The translations under genes and the position numbers were made by a program. A stretch of 64,000 nucleotides of DNA from Octopus sinensis (taxonomy: Eukaryota). The DNA lies in assembly GCF_006345805.1 (NCBI RefSeq), contig NC_043008.1, positions 65,658,001 through 65,722,000 on the forward strand, written 5' to 3'. Positions 26,931 to 39,742 of this stretch are shown here, piece by piece. Each line of letters starts with the position of its first letter. The first letter of the stretch is position 1. The notes beneath the pieces are model-generated. The model was not told the DNA's origin, searched no databases, and worked only from the letters and a program-made list of their open reading frames with translations.

Positions 26931-27195
26931 TGTTTATATATACACAAAAACACAACACAAACAAATATGATTATATATACTTTAACGAATCGTAGGCTTC
27001 TCACTGGTACCTCGTTCGTCGGGCTATGTTTCCGTACATGAGTCTAAGAATGTTTAAGCTGCATGGGGCTGAATCACACTGTGTTTAATGATTATATATG
27101 TAACTCCAACTGTGTTTACCACCGTTTTCCTTGATGCATATATATATGAATGTATGTATGTATGTATGTATATTTATATATTTGTGTATATATAC

Positions 27196-27274
<79 letters not shown>

Positions 27275-27422
27275 TTCCTTTACACGTTTCACTTCTAAGG
27301 CTGTGGCCGTCCTGGAGCACCGAGGTATAATCACCTTTTCAACAGTCAATCTTACATGATTTGCTTTTGGAAAAAGGAGGGATTTTGACATTGCTGCACT
27401 ATTTTGCATTTCCTACAATATA

Positions 27423-28707
27423 CGAGGGGCGTTCAATAAGTAATGCCCCTGACCCACTTCCCATAGCAGTAGAGCAACGAAACTTGGCACAGTTATTAGT
27501 CTTTTTCTACATAGGAACCATCCAGAGTTACGCATTTCTCCCATTGTTTGATGCAGCTCTGGAGACCGTTTTTGTAGAAGATCCCAGCTTGGTCCTCCAA
27601 CCTGAACGTGACTTCAGAAATCAAGGCTGCATCATCTGGGAAACGCTTTCCTTTCAAAACAACTTCATGACTGGGAAGAGGTGAAAATCAGAGGGTGCAA
27701 GGTCAGGAAAGTAGGGGGATGGGGGAGGAGCTCATAGCCATACGCCTGTGTTTCTGATCTGGCGACAAGCGAGTTGTGGACCGGAGCGTTGTCCTGCAGG
27801 AGGTGGATGCATTTTCTGATCTTGCCCCGCCTCTTGATTTTGATAACTTCTCTTAATTTCCTCAAAAGTGAAGCATAATAAGCTCCTGCAATTGTGGTAC
27901 CGTTTGCCAGGAAATCTGTCATCACTATTCCGTCCTGGTCCCAGAAGACTGTGAGCATGACCTTGCCAGCGGAGGGCTGCACCCTTGCCTTCTTTGGAGG
28001 GGGTGAGTCACGGTGCTTCCACTGCATTGACTGGGCTTTGGTCTCTGGATCATCGTGATGGACCCAGGTTTCATCCTGTGTAATCAGTCTTTTGAAAAAT
28101 TTTGACTCATCTTCTTGGCATATCTCCAAATTCATCCTCGAGCACTCGACGCGTTCTTGCTTCTGGAAAGGTATGAGCCTGGGAATCCATCTGGCAGACA
28201 CCTTTTGCATATGCAAATGGTCATGAATGATAGTTTCCACAGACCCGGTACTAATCTTGACCTCATGGGCTATTTGGCGAATAATTATGCGTCGATCTTC
28301 CAAAATGGCAGCCTCAACTTGACGGACAGATGCCTCATCAATGGCAGAAGGGGCGACCAGATCTGGGAGCTGTTTCCACAGAGTTCCGACCATGTTTGAA
28401 TTCACGATGCCAGCGTTTTACAAGGTCATATGATGGGGCATCATCACCATAAGTGACTTTCATTTCATCAAAGTCTCCCGTGGTGTGCGTCCTTTCAAAT
28501 ACAAAAACCGGATCACTGCTCGGCACTCAATAGGCTCCATTTCACACTTGACTCGGTTCAAACACCTGTAAATCAGAAACCACAATTAATTCAGAGCTGT
28601 AATTTGCCGCTTACTCTATAGAGATATACATAATTGCACATGCAAAATTTCAGCTAGATCAAACAACTGCAAGTGGGTCAGAGGCATTACTTATTGAACG
28701 TCCCTCG
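27423..28707 (-). mobile_element. Full-length mariner element (about 1.29 kb)
   Basis: TIRs cgaggggcgttcaataagtaatgcccctgacccactt and cgagggacgttcaataagtaatgcctctgacccactt. TA on the left and TT on the right; contains a transposase. Confidence 0.95.
27496..28540 (-). pseudogene. mariner DD34D transposase, frameshifted
   Basis: MEPIECRAVIRFLYLKG..SGRP..WIPR..ITQDETWVHH..MLTVFWD..LLQDNAPVH..HPPYFPDLAPSD..YVEKD*. Four single-base indels (about 28470, 28350, 27715 and 27657), all in homopolymer runs. Confidence 0.9.
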
Positions 28708-29413
28708 TTCATCTGAGACCTTGAATAACAAGAGGTCAAGTTGTTTCTTGAAAACACCTCGCTCTATTCCATGAAGAACTCTTCGATGTTTTGGCAAGGA
28801 ATGAAATAGCTGTAGGCCCTTGAATCCCAAGCTATTGCAGTACATGGCCCTAAATATAGAGAGGGTAGTGGGGTCGTTTGGAACAGTGCAGTAACGCCAA
28901 GTTCGAGGAGTGGTATAGTTCTCCTTACCAAATTTTCGTGTCAGTCCCTCAAGTATCTTCCATGCGTATATCACTGAATACCTTCCCCCATCTGTCTTCG
29001 CTCCAGGGAGTAAAATCGTAGTTCATTCAGCTTCTTCCAGTAGCTCAGCTGTTCCCTCGATTCAACCTACTTGATTTAGCACCGCTGAACTGCTCCAGCT
29101 TCCGCTATTAGTGTGACACTATAAGTTGACCAACGTTGGCAGTAGTAGACCAAACAGCGGAGTAATAATGTCCTCCATAGAACCAACATAGCTTTCTGAT
29201 CCCTTGTTCTGAAGGTTTTCAAAATCCATCCGATAATTCGCTGGCACATTTTCCATCATCTTTCTTGAACGAGGCATCGTTTCTTGTATCAATCTCCAGA
29301 TCACACACTGTATGTGAGAGTGAATATATTGTCGTCTAAATTACGCAGAAATGAAAATAACACTGACATCTCATTTTAACAGATATATTTACCAAAATTC
29401 TATTAAAAATAGT

Positions 29414-29478
29414 GGAGGCACATGGCCTAGTGGTTAGAGCAGCAGACTCTCAGACCGGGCGATGTATGTGTTTATGAG
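29414..29478 (+). mobile_element. SINE family B head fragment
   Basis: gtggaggcacatggcctagtggttagagcagcagactc..agaccgggcgat. Confidence 0.7.
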
Positions 29479-29603
29479 CATGTAACATGCTATGAGCTGT
29501 TTCGACTCTTATTTCTACCAATGCTGGTGCTTACTAGCATCCTCCGTCAATTTAGTGACAATTGAACTTGTTGCCTATCGCTTCTAAATTGCGAATAGCC
29601 ACC

Positions 29604-29644
<41 letters not shown>

Positions 29645-29949
29645 CAGAAACAGGTATATCCCATACACACACAAACATTCTCACGTCGCACGCGTACACA
29701 TGCACATACACTTAAAGGTACTATTATAGTGGTGAAATAAAACAAGAATTTTACAACCAGAAACAATATTTTTGATGTTTTAAGAATTTTAATTTTCTTT
29801 TATTTCTGTTTTTTTTTTGTTTTTTTTTTCTGAAATGGTAGGTTCTTGGTTTGTATTCAAAGAAACAATATATTGATCAGAGTAGTTAATCTTCAGAGCA
29901 ATTTTACAATACTATATTACGCTCTTATTGTTATCCTTCTCTTTTGATG

Positions 29950-30062
<113 letters not shown>

Positions 30063-30169
30063 ATCATTACTGTTATCGTTGTCATTGTTGTTATTAACCT
30101 TATTTTAATGCTTTTACTTCTCTGCGTCCTTGTAGTATTCTTATACACTTTGTTTACACGCTTTTTTTA

Positions 30170-30297
30170 TATTTCAAACATGCCTATATGCGATGGTATA
30201 TGAATACAAATACAAATATACATACATAGATATTTTTGTGTACATACGTATATTCACATACACAAATATAATATTTATATATAAAGTTATATATGTA

Positions 30298-30339
<42 letters not shown>

Positions 30340-30576
30340 CATATATGTTCACACATATTTGTGTGCGTGTGTATGTGTTTGTGTGTTCATATGCATATAC
30401 GCATATATAGATTGAGTACACATATATTACAAATCTACATTTATGCGTATGTTTTACATATTTCATGTATATGTTACATTTACACACATGTGAATGCTCA
30501 CATCTTCGTATATGCATATATATTGCTATGTATATATACGTGGATATTTATATAAATGCATATGTATGCAAGTATG

Positions 30577-30638
<62 letters not shown>

Positions 30639-30918
30639 GCACATATGTACGTGTATATATGTATCTATTTATGTATATACATATGCGTCTGTATGTGTGT
30701 GTAAGTGCGTGTGTGTGTGTTCATATACGCATATATATAGATAGATTGATATACATATATATTATATCTATATGTACATATGTACGTGTGTGTGTATGTG
30801 TTACATAATGCATATATATGTAACATATACATACATATGGATGCAGACATCTTCACATATGCATATATATAAATTGCTATGTATATATTCGGGTATATTT
30901 ATATGTATACATACATAC

Positions 30919-30950
<32 letters not shown>

Positions 30951-31080
30951 GTATGTATGTATGTATATGTACATATATACGCGTATATATGTATATATGC
31001 ATGTATATATATATGCGTGTGTACGTGTCTGAGCGTGTGTGTGTATGTGAGAAATAGTATGTGTATATGTATATATATAT
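30170..31080. repeat. About 0.9 kb cryptically simple TA/TG/CA alternating sequence
   Basis: Almost entirely alternating purine-pyrimidine; generates many spurious ORFs. Confidence 0.9.
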
Positions 31081-31801
31081 TCACCTCATGAGTTATTGTC
31101 TGAATTGTAATGTGTCAAAATCTTTTTGAATAGTAGAATGATTTTTACTGTGCTTATTGTGTATATAAATTTTTATTTTTTCCAAAATTTCTTCGTGTGT
31201 TGAATTCGCTTCAATCGAAATGATGTTTGTCATAGCAAATTACATATTCGTGTTTCGCAGTTGTAAATTTAATGAAGTTCTGTCTTCAGAACTTATCAAT
31301 ACAAACACTAAACGTGTAAATCTCTGGAGACAACTTTCCATTCAACTTCTTAGCAATGTTCTTTAGCAGGCTGCAGCCGACATCATAATCTGCAGCCTAA
31401 TATTATTTCTAACGTTCTTTCTCTCTCTCAATATATATATCTATATATATATATGTATTACACGTACGTATATGTGTGTGTGAATGTGTAAACATTTTCT
31501 ATGTGATCAATGTATGAAAGTATATAAAGAGAAGATTATTCACCAAGACACGCAAATGCACACAGATACATCTGTGTATATGCGTGTGTAATTATACAAC
31601 TATGTACGCATGCCTCTCATTGCATGCCTATGTGTGGATAGGTTTTTCTTCCTATCTCGCTCTTCCTACTATGACTGATGTGCTATAGTCATTATGTATA
31701 AAAGTGTTTATTTTGATATTCGTGAACACATACATATACACAAATGCGTACAAATGTGTGTATGCATATATATATGCATGTATATATATATGTATATATA
31801 T

Positions 31802-31871
<70 letters not shown>

Positions 31872-31995
31872 CGGAGTGAGAGAAAGAGAGAAAAGAGAAT
31901 GAGATTAATATGTGTGTGTGTATGTGCATGTGCATATATATATGCATATATGTATGTCAACGTATAGATAGTATATGTAAGTATTTATTTAAGTT

Positions 31996-32046
<51 letters not shown>

Positions 32047-32939
32047 ATGTATATATAAATGTACAACCATAAATACTTATGTGTATGTATACTTGTACAT
32101 ACATATACATATATATATGTGTATGTTTATATATATATATACACACATATTTTCAATTTGTTAATATGTATTGGTTGAATAGTGAGTATACCTGTGTGCG
32201 TGTCTCTGAGTTTCTGTGTGTATGTGTGTGTGTGTGTGTGTATGTGTGTGTCTATGTGTGTCTGTGTGTCTTTGTGACTTTGTGTGTTGACAGCAATGCA
32301 GTAAGAAAAAGTGATTATGTTTCTTACATGCGTGTTGTTAGACATGATGTTGGTCTTTGTACAAATCGTGAAGTATGAAAAAAAAAAAAAAAAAAGATAC
32401 GGGCAGATGCGAGAAGAACAATATCATATTATGAATTTTCGATAAAGTTTCAGTTTATACATTGTAATTTAGCCTGAAACCGAGCAGAATCTATGAAAAA
32501 TAGAGAAGATCCTGATACTTACTTCAAAAAAATTAATACGAATTCGCTTTGTTATAATGTCTGACTTATATAATAAGCATGCGTGTATCTATGTATCTAT
32601 GTATGTCTAACTTATATAATAAGCATGCGTGTATCTATGTATGTCGGTGTGGGTATTTGTGTATATGTATTTGTGTGTTAAGCTTTATGAAGCAAAAATA
32701 TATAACTCGTTTATACATATTTGTGTGTGTATGTGTTGTGTGTCTGTATGTGTGTATTTGTAAATATTGCTTCTTTCACTTTTATACTTACTAAGGGAAA
32801 TAAATGTTTTTCTTTTATTGTTACTAATATTTTAACAAATATGCATCAAACAATGAAGAACGTGTATGGGTTAATATATTACATTGTGCATAAAGATGGT
32901 AGTAGAGCAATGATTTACCACGGATAGGAATACTTTTAG

Positions 32940-33170
32940 AATGTCGTCATTTGTTTCCGGATTAATGACTGGCGTATGAATAACGTATAAAGAAACTGAA
33001 CAAGAGCATAAGCGTAAAGGTCATGGATATTCTCCGATACTGCTCGGCACAACCAAATGGCACAAATACTGTCTAAAGTATTGCGGTGACCCCTTATCCA
33101 CAGCTGACGGAGAGTGTCTCCTGCAATGCCATCTGTATGAGTGTAATAGGCATTTTGGTAGTGTTTTGAC
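32940..33170 (-). mobile_element. Degraded RTE-like reverse transcriptase N-terminal fragment
   Basis: Minus frame TDGIAGDTLRQL..GHR..ICAIWLCRAVSENIHD resembles the LINE pattern DGIPAE..K.GG....IW....VP.D..D. Confidence 0.4.
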
Positions 33171-33189
33171 AGTTAATATTCACATTGGG

Positions 33190-33428
33190 CGGCGAGCTGG
33201 CAGAGTCGTTAGCTCACCGGCGAAATGCTTAGCGGCATTTCGTCTGCCGCTACGTTCTGAGTTCAAATTCCACCGATGTCGGCTTTGCCTTTCATCCTTT
33301 CGGGGTCGATTAAGTAAGTACCAATTACGAACTGGGGTCGATGTAATCGACTTAATCCCTTTGTCTATTCTTGTTTATCCCCTCTATGTTTAGTGGGGAT
33401 AAACATAGAGGGGATAAGTAAAGAAATA
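33190..33428 (+). mobile_element. SINE family C, full length with 15-bp TSD
   Basis: TSD aatattcacattggg at 33175-33189 and 33429-33443; head ggcggcgagctggcagagtcgttagc. Confidence 0.92.
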
Positions 33429-35029
33429 AATATTCACATTGGGGATATCCCATAAAGTCCTGTAATTATCTTTCTGTATCACAGCGTCGTGCTCATGTTC
33501 ATATCACTTTTCTACTAATATGAATTCACACACTCGTTTATTATCCCAATGCACTTTTTTCACCAACAGAGTTATGCCTGCGCTTATACTCTTTTTATGA
33601 TAGCTTACTACATTCACTTAAGCTATGTTTACTACTTTCTTCTCCTTTCCCATAGATTCTGCATCTGTTCTCTAATTCAGTTTTATCAATCACTGCCTTT
33701 ACTAAATTTCTCCTGATGGCTTATTCCTGATGGCTTATAATTGGCGCTTCGTTTTCTCGTTTCAAGTTTCCGTCCATTAGGGATAACCAGCTTTCTTTAT
33801 TTCCAAACACCATCGGTTTGTTGTAATTCCTTCTCTTGCAAGCTACTTACTCTGTTGTTTTCCTTCTCATCTTGTTTCAGTAGAATCTTGGACATTTGTG
33901 ACCGCAGTAGTATTAATTCTCCACTATGTACAACGTAGTTTTCCAATCACAGCTTCACAGCACTAATGGTTTCGTCTGCGTTCTGTCTCCTTCCTTTCTG
34001 GATATGTAGAGCCTGTTGATATTACATCGGTGTGTGTTGTACATTTTGACCAGATCTTTAGTTTTTCTATAATTCCTGTAGTCCTGTCCTTGTCAGCTTG
34101 TGTATTTATTCTGGTTATTTACCTTCTGTGTTCAAATACTGCCAATGTCATTTTTGCCCTTCATTCTTCCAATTAAATATACCAAAGGTGTACGGGATTT
34201 GATGCAACTGACTAACACTCCTCCTCACAGAAATGCTTGCCTAAATTAGAAACAATTAATTTGATAAATAATATTATTTATCGAAATTCAATTACATCGC
34301 TGTAAATATGAATGTTAGATTATATGCGGGTTATTTTGGATGATCGCTCATACGCATCTAACTCTTTAAAGTTACTGTAACTTCTCATGGAATATACACT
34401 ACGTAGTATCTCTGACCTATTCTGCTGATAGCAAAAAAGTTACTTTTATTTCTTAATATTTAAAAGGAAAATTTATCCAACTCAACCGAACGACAAAAAT
34501 ACCAGAGGGCGTGTTGGTCCGTGATATTATGCAACAAAATATATGTTTTAAAAAACAGAAAATAATAACAAAAGTATGAGTCGGGCTTCTGGTGGGCTCT
34601 TAAGAAACCTTTCACTGCATATTCAGTTGCAGTCATTTACAGGCAGAAGATTCGAATAATTATATGGATAAATGTACCAGTAAAGCAAAAGAACACCATC
34701 AGGAAGTGTGAGTCGATCCGCCTTAATACAAGTACATCTATGGGTGAAGAAATTATGGGATAATAGAACTGCAGTAATGGTGGTGAAATATTTCTTTTAA
34801 AAAGTGTGGAATCAGTAGTAATACACATTGAAATGAATGTGCTTTATTCGTAGGCTGCGATAAGCAACTGTTCAATTTCTATAAACAATAGCGTTCACAA
34901 TATTCTTAGGTTTGATGACGAGGCAGAACTTTTAAGTGTTAAATAAGATTAAATTTGCTTTAGAAGAGTATAACGTCTTTTTTCACTTCTTGCTGAATAA
35001 GACTAAATCTGCAGTTTTTTTATGTAACA

Positions 35030-35640
35030 TCTATGTATGATTTGCATGCATTCATGGTTACTGCATATATTAGTTGTAAAAGGAATTTTTCAATCATGCT
35101 GGTCTTCTGTATTGCGCTCAATAGAATAAAGCTTGCTATGATGCATTTTTCTAAAAAGAAATCCTTAATATCTAAGCCATTTTTTCTTGTACAGTATTCA
35201 TGTATGATCTTTTAATTAGAAAGGCCGTCTTCTGCAATGCTGATCTCGTGCTTTATACTGAATAGAAAACACAGGGAGCTTGCATTCTCTATAATATATC
35301 TTTTTTTTACTATAGCTAAGCAGCTTTAAATGTATTTATGTATTTATGTTAATTGTAAATGACACTCTTTAAAATCCTTCTTTTCTCCACTTCATTCGTA
35401 ATGATAACCACTACCAGGTACTATCAACATGTTAAGTACGATATTTGAATTCTAAATTCCTTCTAAACGCCGGATTTTTTTCATGCTATATAAAACTTTG
35501 CTTTATGAATGTAACTTTCTTTATAAAGTATAATGTAAAATTTTAAAATAGCATCCGAGAAACCAAGGCGTAAAATGCTTAAATACACTAAAAAATGTTT
35601 TCTTTCATAAATAATTTGGGTAGAAATGCAGTTACGTCTT
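35030..35640 (+). mobile_element. Second degraded copy of the pogo-like element's 3' region
   Basis: Clear homology to 19310-19880 (e.g. gtcttctgcaatgctgat.tcgtgctttatactgaa.agaaaa.acagg). Confidence 0.55.
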
Positions 35641-36251
35641 GTTTGACGTACCACGTTATTCTAGATAAAAGAGGTCGACTTTACCATTCATTCTTTCGGG
35701 ATCAATAATTTAAGTACCGGTTGCCTACTGGGGTCGTTCTAATCGACTGGCCCCTCCCCCAAATATTCTGGACCTTCTTCCTTGAGTAGAAAAGATTTTT
35801 GTTGATGAAATGGGATTATAATGAAGTTTGTTCGAGATATTTGAAAACTAATGGTCATTTAAAGTTGTATATATAAGAAGAAATTAGTTACCTTTTAAAC
35901 CCAGAGTTGCTCGCTCAGGACTTAGGTGGAGTTAAATAACAACTTCACTTTGAATATCTACCTCCTAATATTATTAAAAAGATGCTGTCAATAGTAAAAA
36001 ACAGAAAGTGATATAGAAATTAGATTTTATTCTGTACTTTTAAAATTTACATGATTCTTTAAATATTTCCATATTTTTTATTGACAATAAGTCATATATT
36101 TATATATACACATATATTTATATATACTTCATTATCAATATAAAATAATGAAACCCTACAATTTAGATGGACATACAAGCAATCGTGGTCAGGTACATAA
36201 CCGCGAGAGTCTAAAACAGAAAGAGATATAGTGAAGAAATTTATGGCTTAC

Positions 36252-36361
36252 TTTACCACCTCGTTAGCAACTGCTGTAATGTCAAAGATCGTTACCATTA
36301 CTTTTTTTGCTTTCTCAAGTCTTTCGATAACAGCATAATCATTAGCTACTAACATTCTAAC
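36252..36361 (-). other. Coding-like 110-nt segment: ancient CR1-type RT remnant or host exon
   Basis: Open frame VRMLVANDYAVIERLEKAKKVMVTIFDITAVANEVVK with 32/36 purine-first codons, bounded by tgtag and gtaagc. Read-through gives KVSHKFL, resembling the RT motif LEKGKNVDVIYLD..FDKVDH. Confidence 0.35.
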
Positions 36362-36820
36362 CTACAACCAGCATCAGAAAAATAACGATCCGCTGAAAGG
36401 TAAACGAAAAGTAAACACGTCATACTTCTGGTTAAATGCTGCTTTTCAGCTATGAATCTTAATTTTAATTTCAAAAAGGTTGTGATAGGACATGAACTGA
36501 AATGCCTAAAATAAGTTATAAAATGGAAACTAAATAAATGCACCCACATACATACGTACATGCATACACAGAAGCATACACATTACATACATACATACAT
36601 AATACACACACACACACAACCAGAAAATAGTACTGAAGACATGTATCTTTATATTTGGTAGAAATAACAGGGTAACTCAAGGGCCGATGGTATCGTGCAT
36701 TAACAGTTATCAAATTAATTTTGTTAAGTGCTAACAGACGAAACTCGTGGCTCTTGAGTCACTCTGTTACTTCAGTCAAATATGTAAAAAATTACATATA
36801 TATCTATATATATGTATATC

Positions 36821-37052
36821 TTTTATTCTTTTACTTCTTTCCGTCATTTGACTGTAGCTGGAGCACTGCCTTGAAGGGTGATTTTAATCGAACAAACCGG
36901 TCCGGGACTTGTTTTTTTTAACGCCTAGTACTTATTCAATCGGTGTCTTTTGCTGCACCGCTAAGTTACAGGGAATTACTTTATCTTCTCGTTGTCAACA
37001 CCGGTTGTCAAGCACTGGTGGGTGACAAACACGGGAACAAAGACACACACAC
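36821..37052 (-). mobile_element. SINE family A, 3' half
   Basis: Reverse complement of gcttgacaaccgg..gcaaaagacaccgattgaataagtact..gcagtgctccagc..cagtcaaatgac. Confidence 0.8.
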
Positions 37053-37095
37053 AATATATATATATAATAAAATCATTGTGTGCACTTAATTTTTC

Positions 37096-39290
37096 ACTGG
37101 TTTGAACGAATGTCTTAAGACATGCCACTATCTGCTATCTACTCCGGAGGATATTTTTGCGTAGTTAAACAGTGGAAATATATTACCTAACCTGGATATT
37201 TCTGGCGCGTACCAACAAATTAGAGTAGACGATGAATACTCGAGATACTTAACAGCCAACACACATAAATATAACAGGCTACAATTCGGCACCAGCGATT
37301 CTTCAACAGATTATGGATGCAATGTTAGCGGACTGTGAATTCGCAATTTAATATCTGAATGATATATACCCATTAAAAGCGAATCCAGGGATCGGCACGT
37401 TCCGCACGTAAATTATATTTGAAAACATTATGGATTATGTCCTTACTTTGAGTGAAGAAATGTGTGAATTTTGTTACGGAAAAAAAGAAATTTGGGACGA
37501 ACTATTGACAGAAATGGACGAAGATCAAACCCGTCGAGGGCAGACGCAATTAAAAATATGGCTCGTCCGACTAATAAGTGACCTTACAAGCATTTTTAGG
37601 ACATATCAAAATTATGTCCCAAATATGCATAAGGTTAAGTCTCCACTGAATGATTTTCCCGAAAAAAGATATAAAAGAAAATTGTCAAAACGCGTTTGAC
37701 GAAATTAGAGAGATATTAATACCTGTTTCGTTTGCTTAATTCGATCCTGCAACGGAGATTTTTGTAGCTTCAGATGCTTTTGATAACAGTATAGGAGCAG
37801 TAATGCTACATAGGTATAAAGATGGTAACATGAAGGCAGTGGTTCATGCCTCATATTCTCTGATATCAGCAGAGACAAAATATAGTCAAATCAAAGAAGA
37901 AGCTCTAGCGATCATTTTTTACTGAAAAGATTTCACAGATTTTTGCACAGTAGAAGTTGTTGGCTACAGACTGACCACCGACCGTTGTTATCGATATCTG
38001 AGTCGAAAAAATGAATTCATACCTATACTGCCAATAGGTTACAACGCTGGGCTACAATATCATTAAACTACGATTTCAAGATGGGTCATATATCATCCTA
38101 GGAATTAGGCCATGCGGATTGCCTATGAAGACTGATTTTTTTAAAAATTCGGAACTATTCGAAGATACTGTAATTGCAGATTTGAGAGCGGAAAATGAAG
38201 TTTGAAATGTTCTGTGTAACGTCATTCGTGAACTACCATTTACGTTACCAGACTGAAAATCAAAGTCGGAGCACGATAAATTCATTATAAAAATGAAAGA
38301 AACACTGCAGGTCAAAAAAATGCAAATATAAGCAAAACAAATACGAACTACTTCTCACTGTGCGACAACGTATTGGTGAATGCACAAAGAGTCGTAGTGC
38401 CGGCCACACTACAAAAGCGTTTATTAATGGATTTTCATATTGGTCACCCAAGGATTTTGAGAATGAAATAACGTTTGAGAACTTACGTATATTGGCCTAG
38501 AATGGGCCGGTGAAATCTTGTAGAGGTTGTGCCCCTGCAGCCAAGTCACCACCGGTAAATTCCAACCGTGGTCTAAAACCGGCAGTCCATAGATCAGACT
38601 GTGTATAGATTTTGTTGGACAAGTAAATGGCGCATATTACCTGAGTGCAGTTGATAATCATACTAAGTGGCCGGAAATATGTAGATATAGAAACCAACCT
38701 CCACGTTAACAAGATATTGTGCCCCGGACACTATAGTATCCCATAACGGTACGCAATTTACGGCGTTTGAATTAAAAATTTTTTTGCAAAATGTATGCAG
38801 CTGAACACATCTCTTCTCCGCCAAATCACTCAAGAACAAACAGACAAGCGGAACGGTTCGTGGATACATTTAAAAGAAGATTAAAGAAATCAAGAAACGA
38901 GCTGGCTGATGACACAGAATTGACACAGCATTGACACAGTTCTTGAGGGTTTAGAGGATAACACAAAAACCAAACACTAGTTCAGGCAAGTCGCCTGCAG
39001 AACTAATGTTTGCTCGTAAAATAAAGTCAAATTTTGACAAGCTGCTACCAGTCAGAAAAACAAATAGGGAAAACACTAATATCTGTGTGTATGTGTTTTT
39101 CAAAATATTTAAAAATGGAAGATGTTATATCGCACATTCGGATGACCTCTACTCAACTCTGACGTCTAGACTTCTCCCTCTATATCTACGTATTGGGCTA
39201 GCCTACTTCATCGTCTGGGGGCGTCCACACAACAGAAGAGAAAGTTGAGAAGACGGAGTAGTAACAAAACGAATAGGCAAAATGATGTAT
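37096..39290 (+). mobile_element. Degraded Ty3/Gypsy pol (RT, RNase H, integrase)
   Basis: Frameshifted peptides TPEDIFA, DISGAYQQIRVD, FDPATEIFVASDA..IGAVMLH, YSQIKEEALAII, QTDHRPLL, RLQRWATI.LNYDF, VDNHTKWPE and VSHNGTQF are in Gypsy order. No LTRs recognised. Confidence 0.9.
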
Positions 39291-39327
39291 AAGAGGCGAA
39301 GAACAGGAACACAAAATACATTTAAAC

Positions 39328-39365
39328 CAGATAGATAGATAGACAGACAGATAGATAGACAGATG

Positions 39366-39445
<80 letters not shown>

Positions 39446-39447
39446 TT

Positions 39448-39520
<73 letters not shown>

Positions 39521-39614
39521 GGATGGTTGGATGGACGGATGCATGCATGCATAGTCACGGACAGGTAGACAAACAGGCAAATAAATAGATAGACAGACAA
39601 ACATACAGACATAC

Positions 39615-39710
<96 letters not shown>

Positions 39711-39711
39711 C

Positions 39712-39742
<31 letters not shown>
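39328..39742 (+). repeat. Bipartite (TAGA)n microsatellite
   Basis: Two TAGA blocks (39328-39520 and 39615-39742) separated by degenerate GATG/GACA units. Confidence 0.96.

Larger units (their letters stand above)
27274..29320 (-). mobile_element. 5'-truncated CR1/L2-group LINE 3' end, interrupted by a mariner element
   Basis: Minus peptide YCNSLGFKGLQLFHSLPK..FKKQLDLLLFKVSDE runs up to the mariner and resumes as EMQNSAAMSKSL beyond it. The 3' tail cggtgctccag..tgaaac..gtaaaggaata lies at 27322-27274. Confidence 0.7.

Noticed and set aside
32941-33189. Cys-rich plus-strand frame (KYCLKYCGDPLSTADGECLLQCHLYEC) with an upstream in-frame TGA, suggestive of a toxin or selenoprotein
   Set aside because: The opposite strand reads as a decayed LINE RT segment (DGI.GD.L..IW...V.E..D). 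There is no signal peptide, splice support or visible SECIS, so it is best explained as an antisense shadow.
36252-36361. Assignment as a vinculin/alpha-catulin exon
   Set aside because: The similarity is only amphipathic-helix level, no flanking exons fit, and an RT-motif alignment continuing through the putative donor is at least as good. No gene symbol given.
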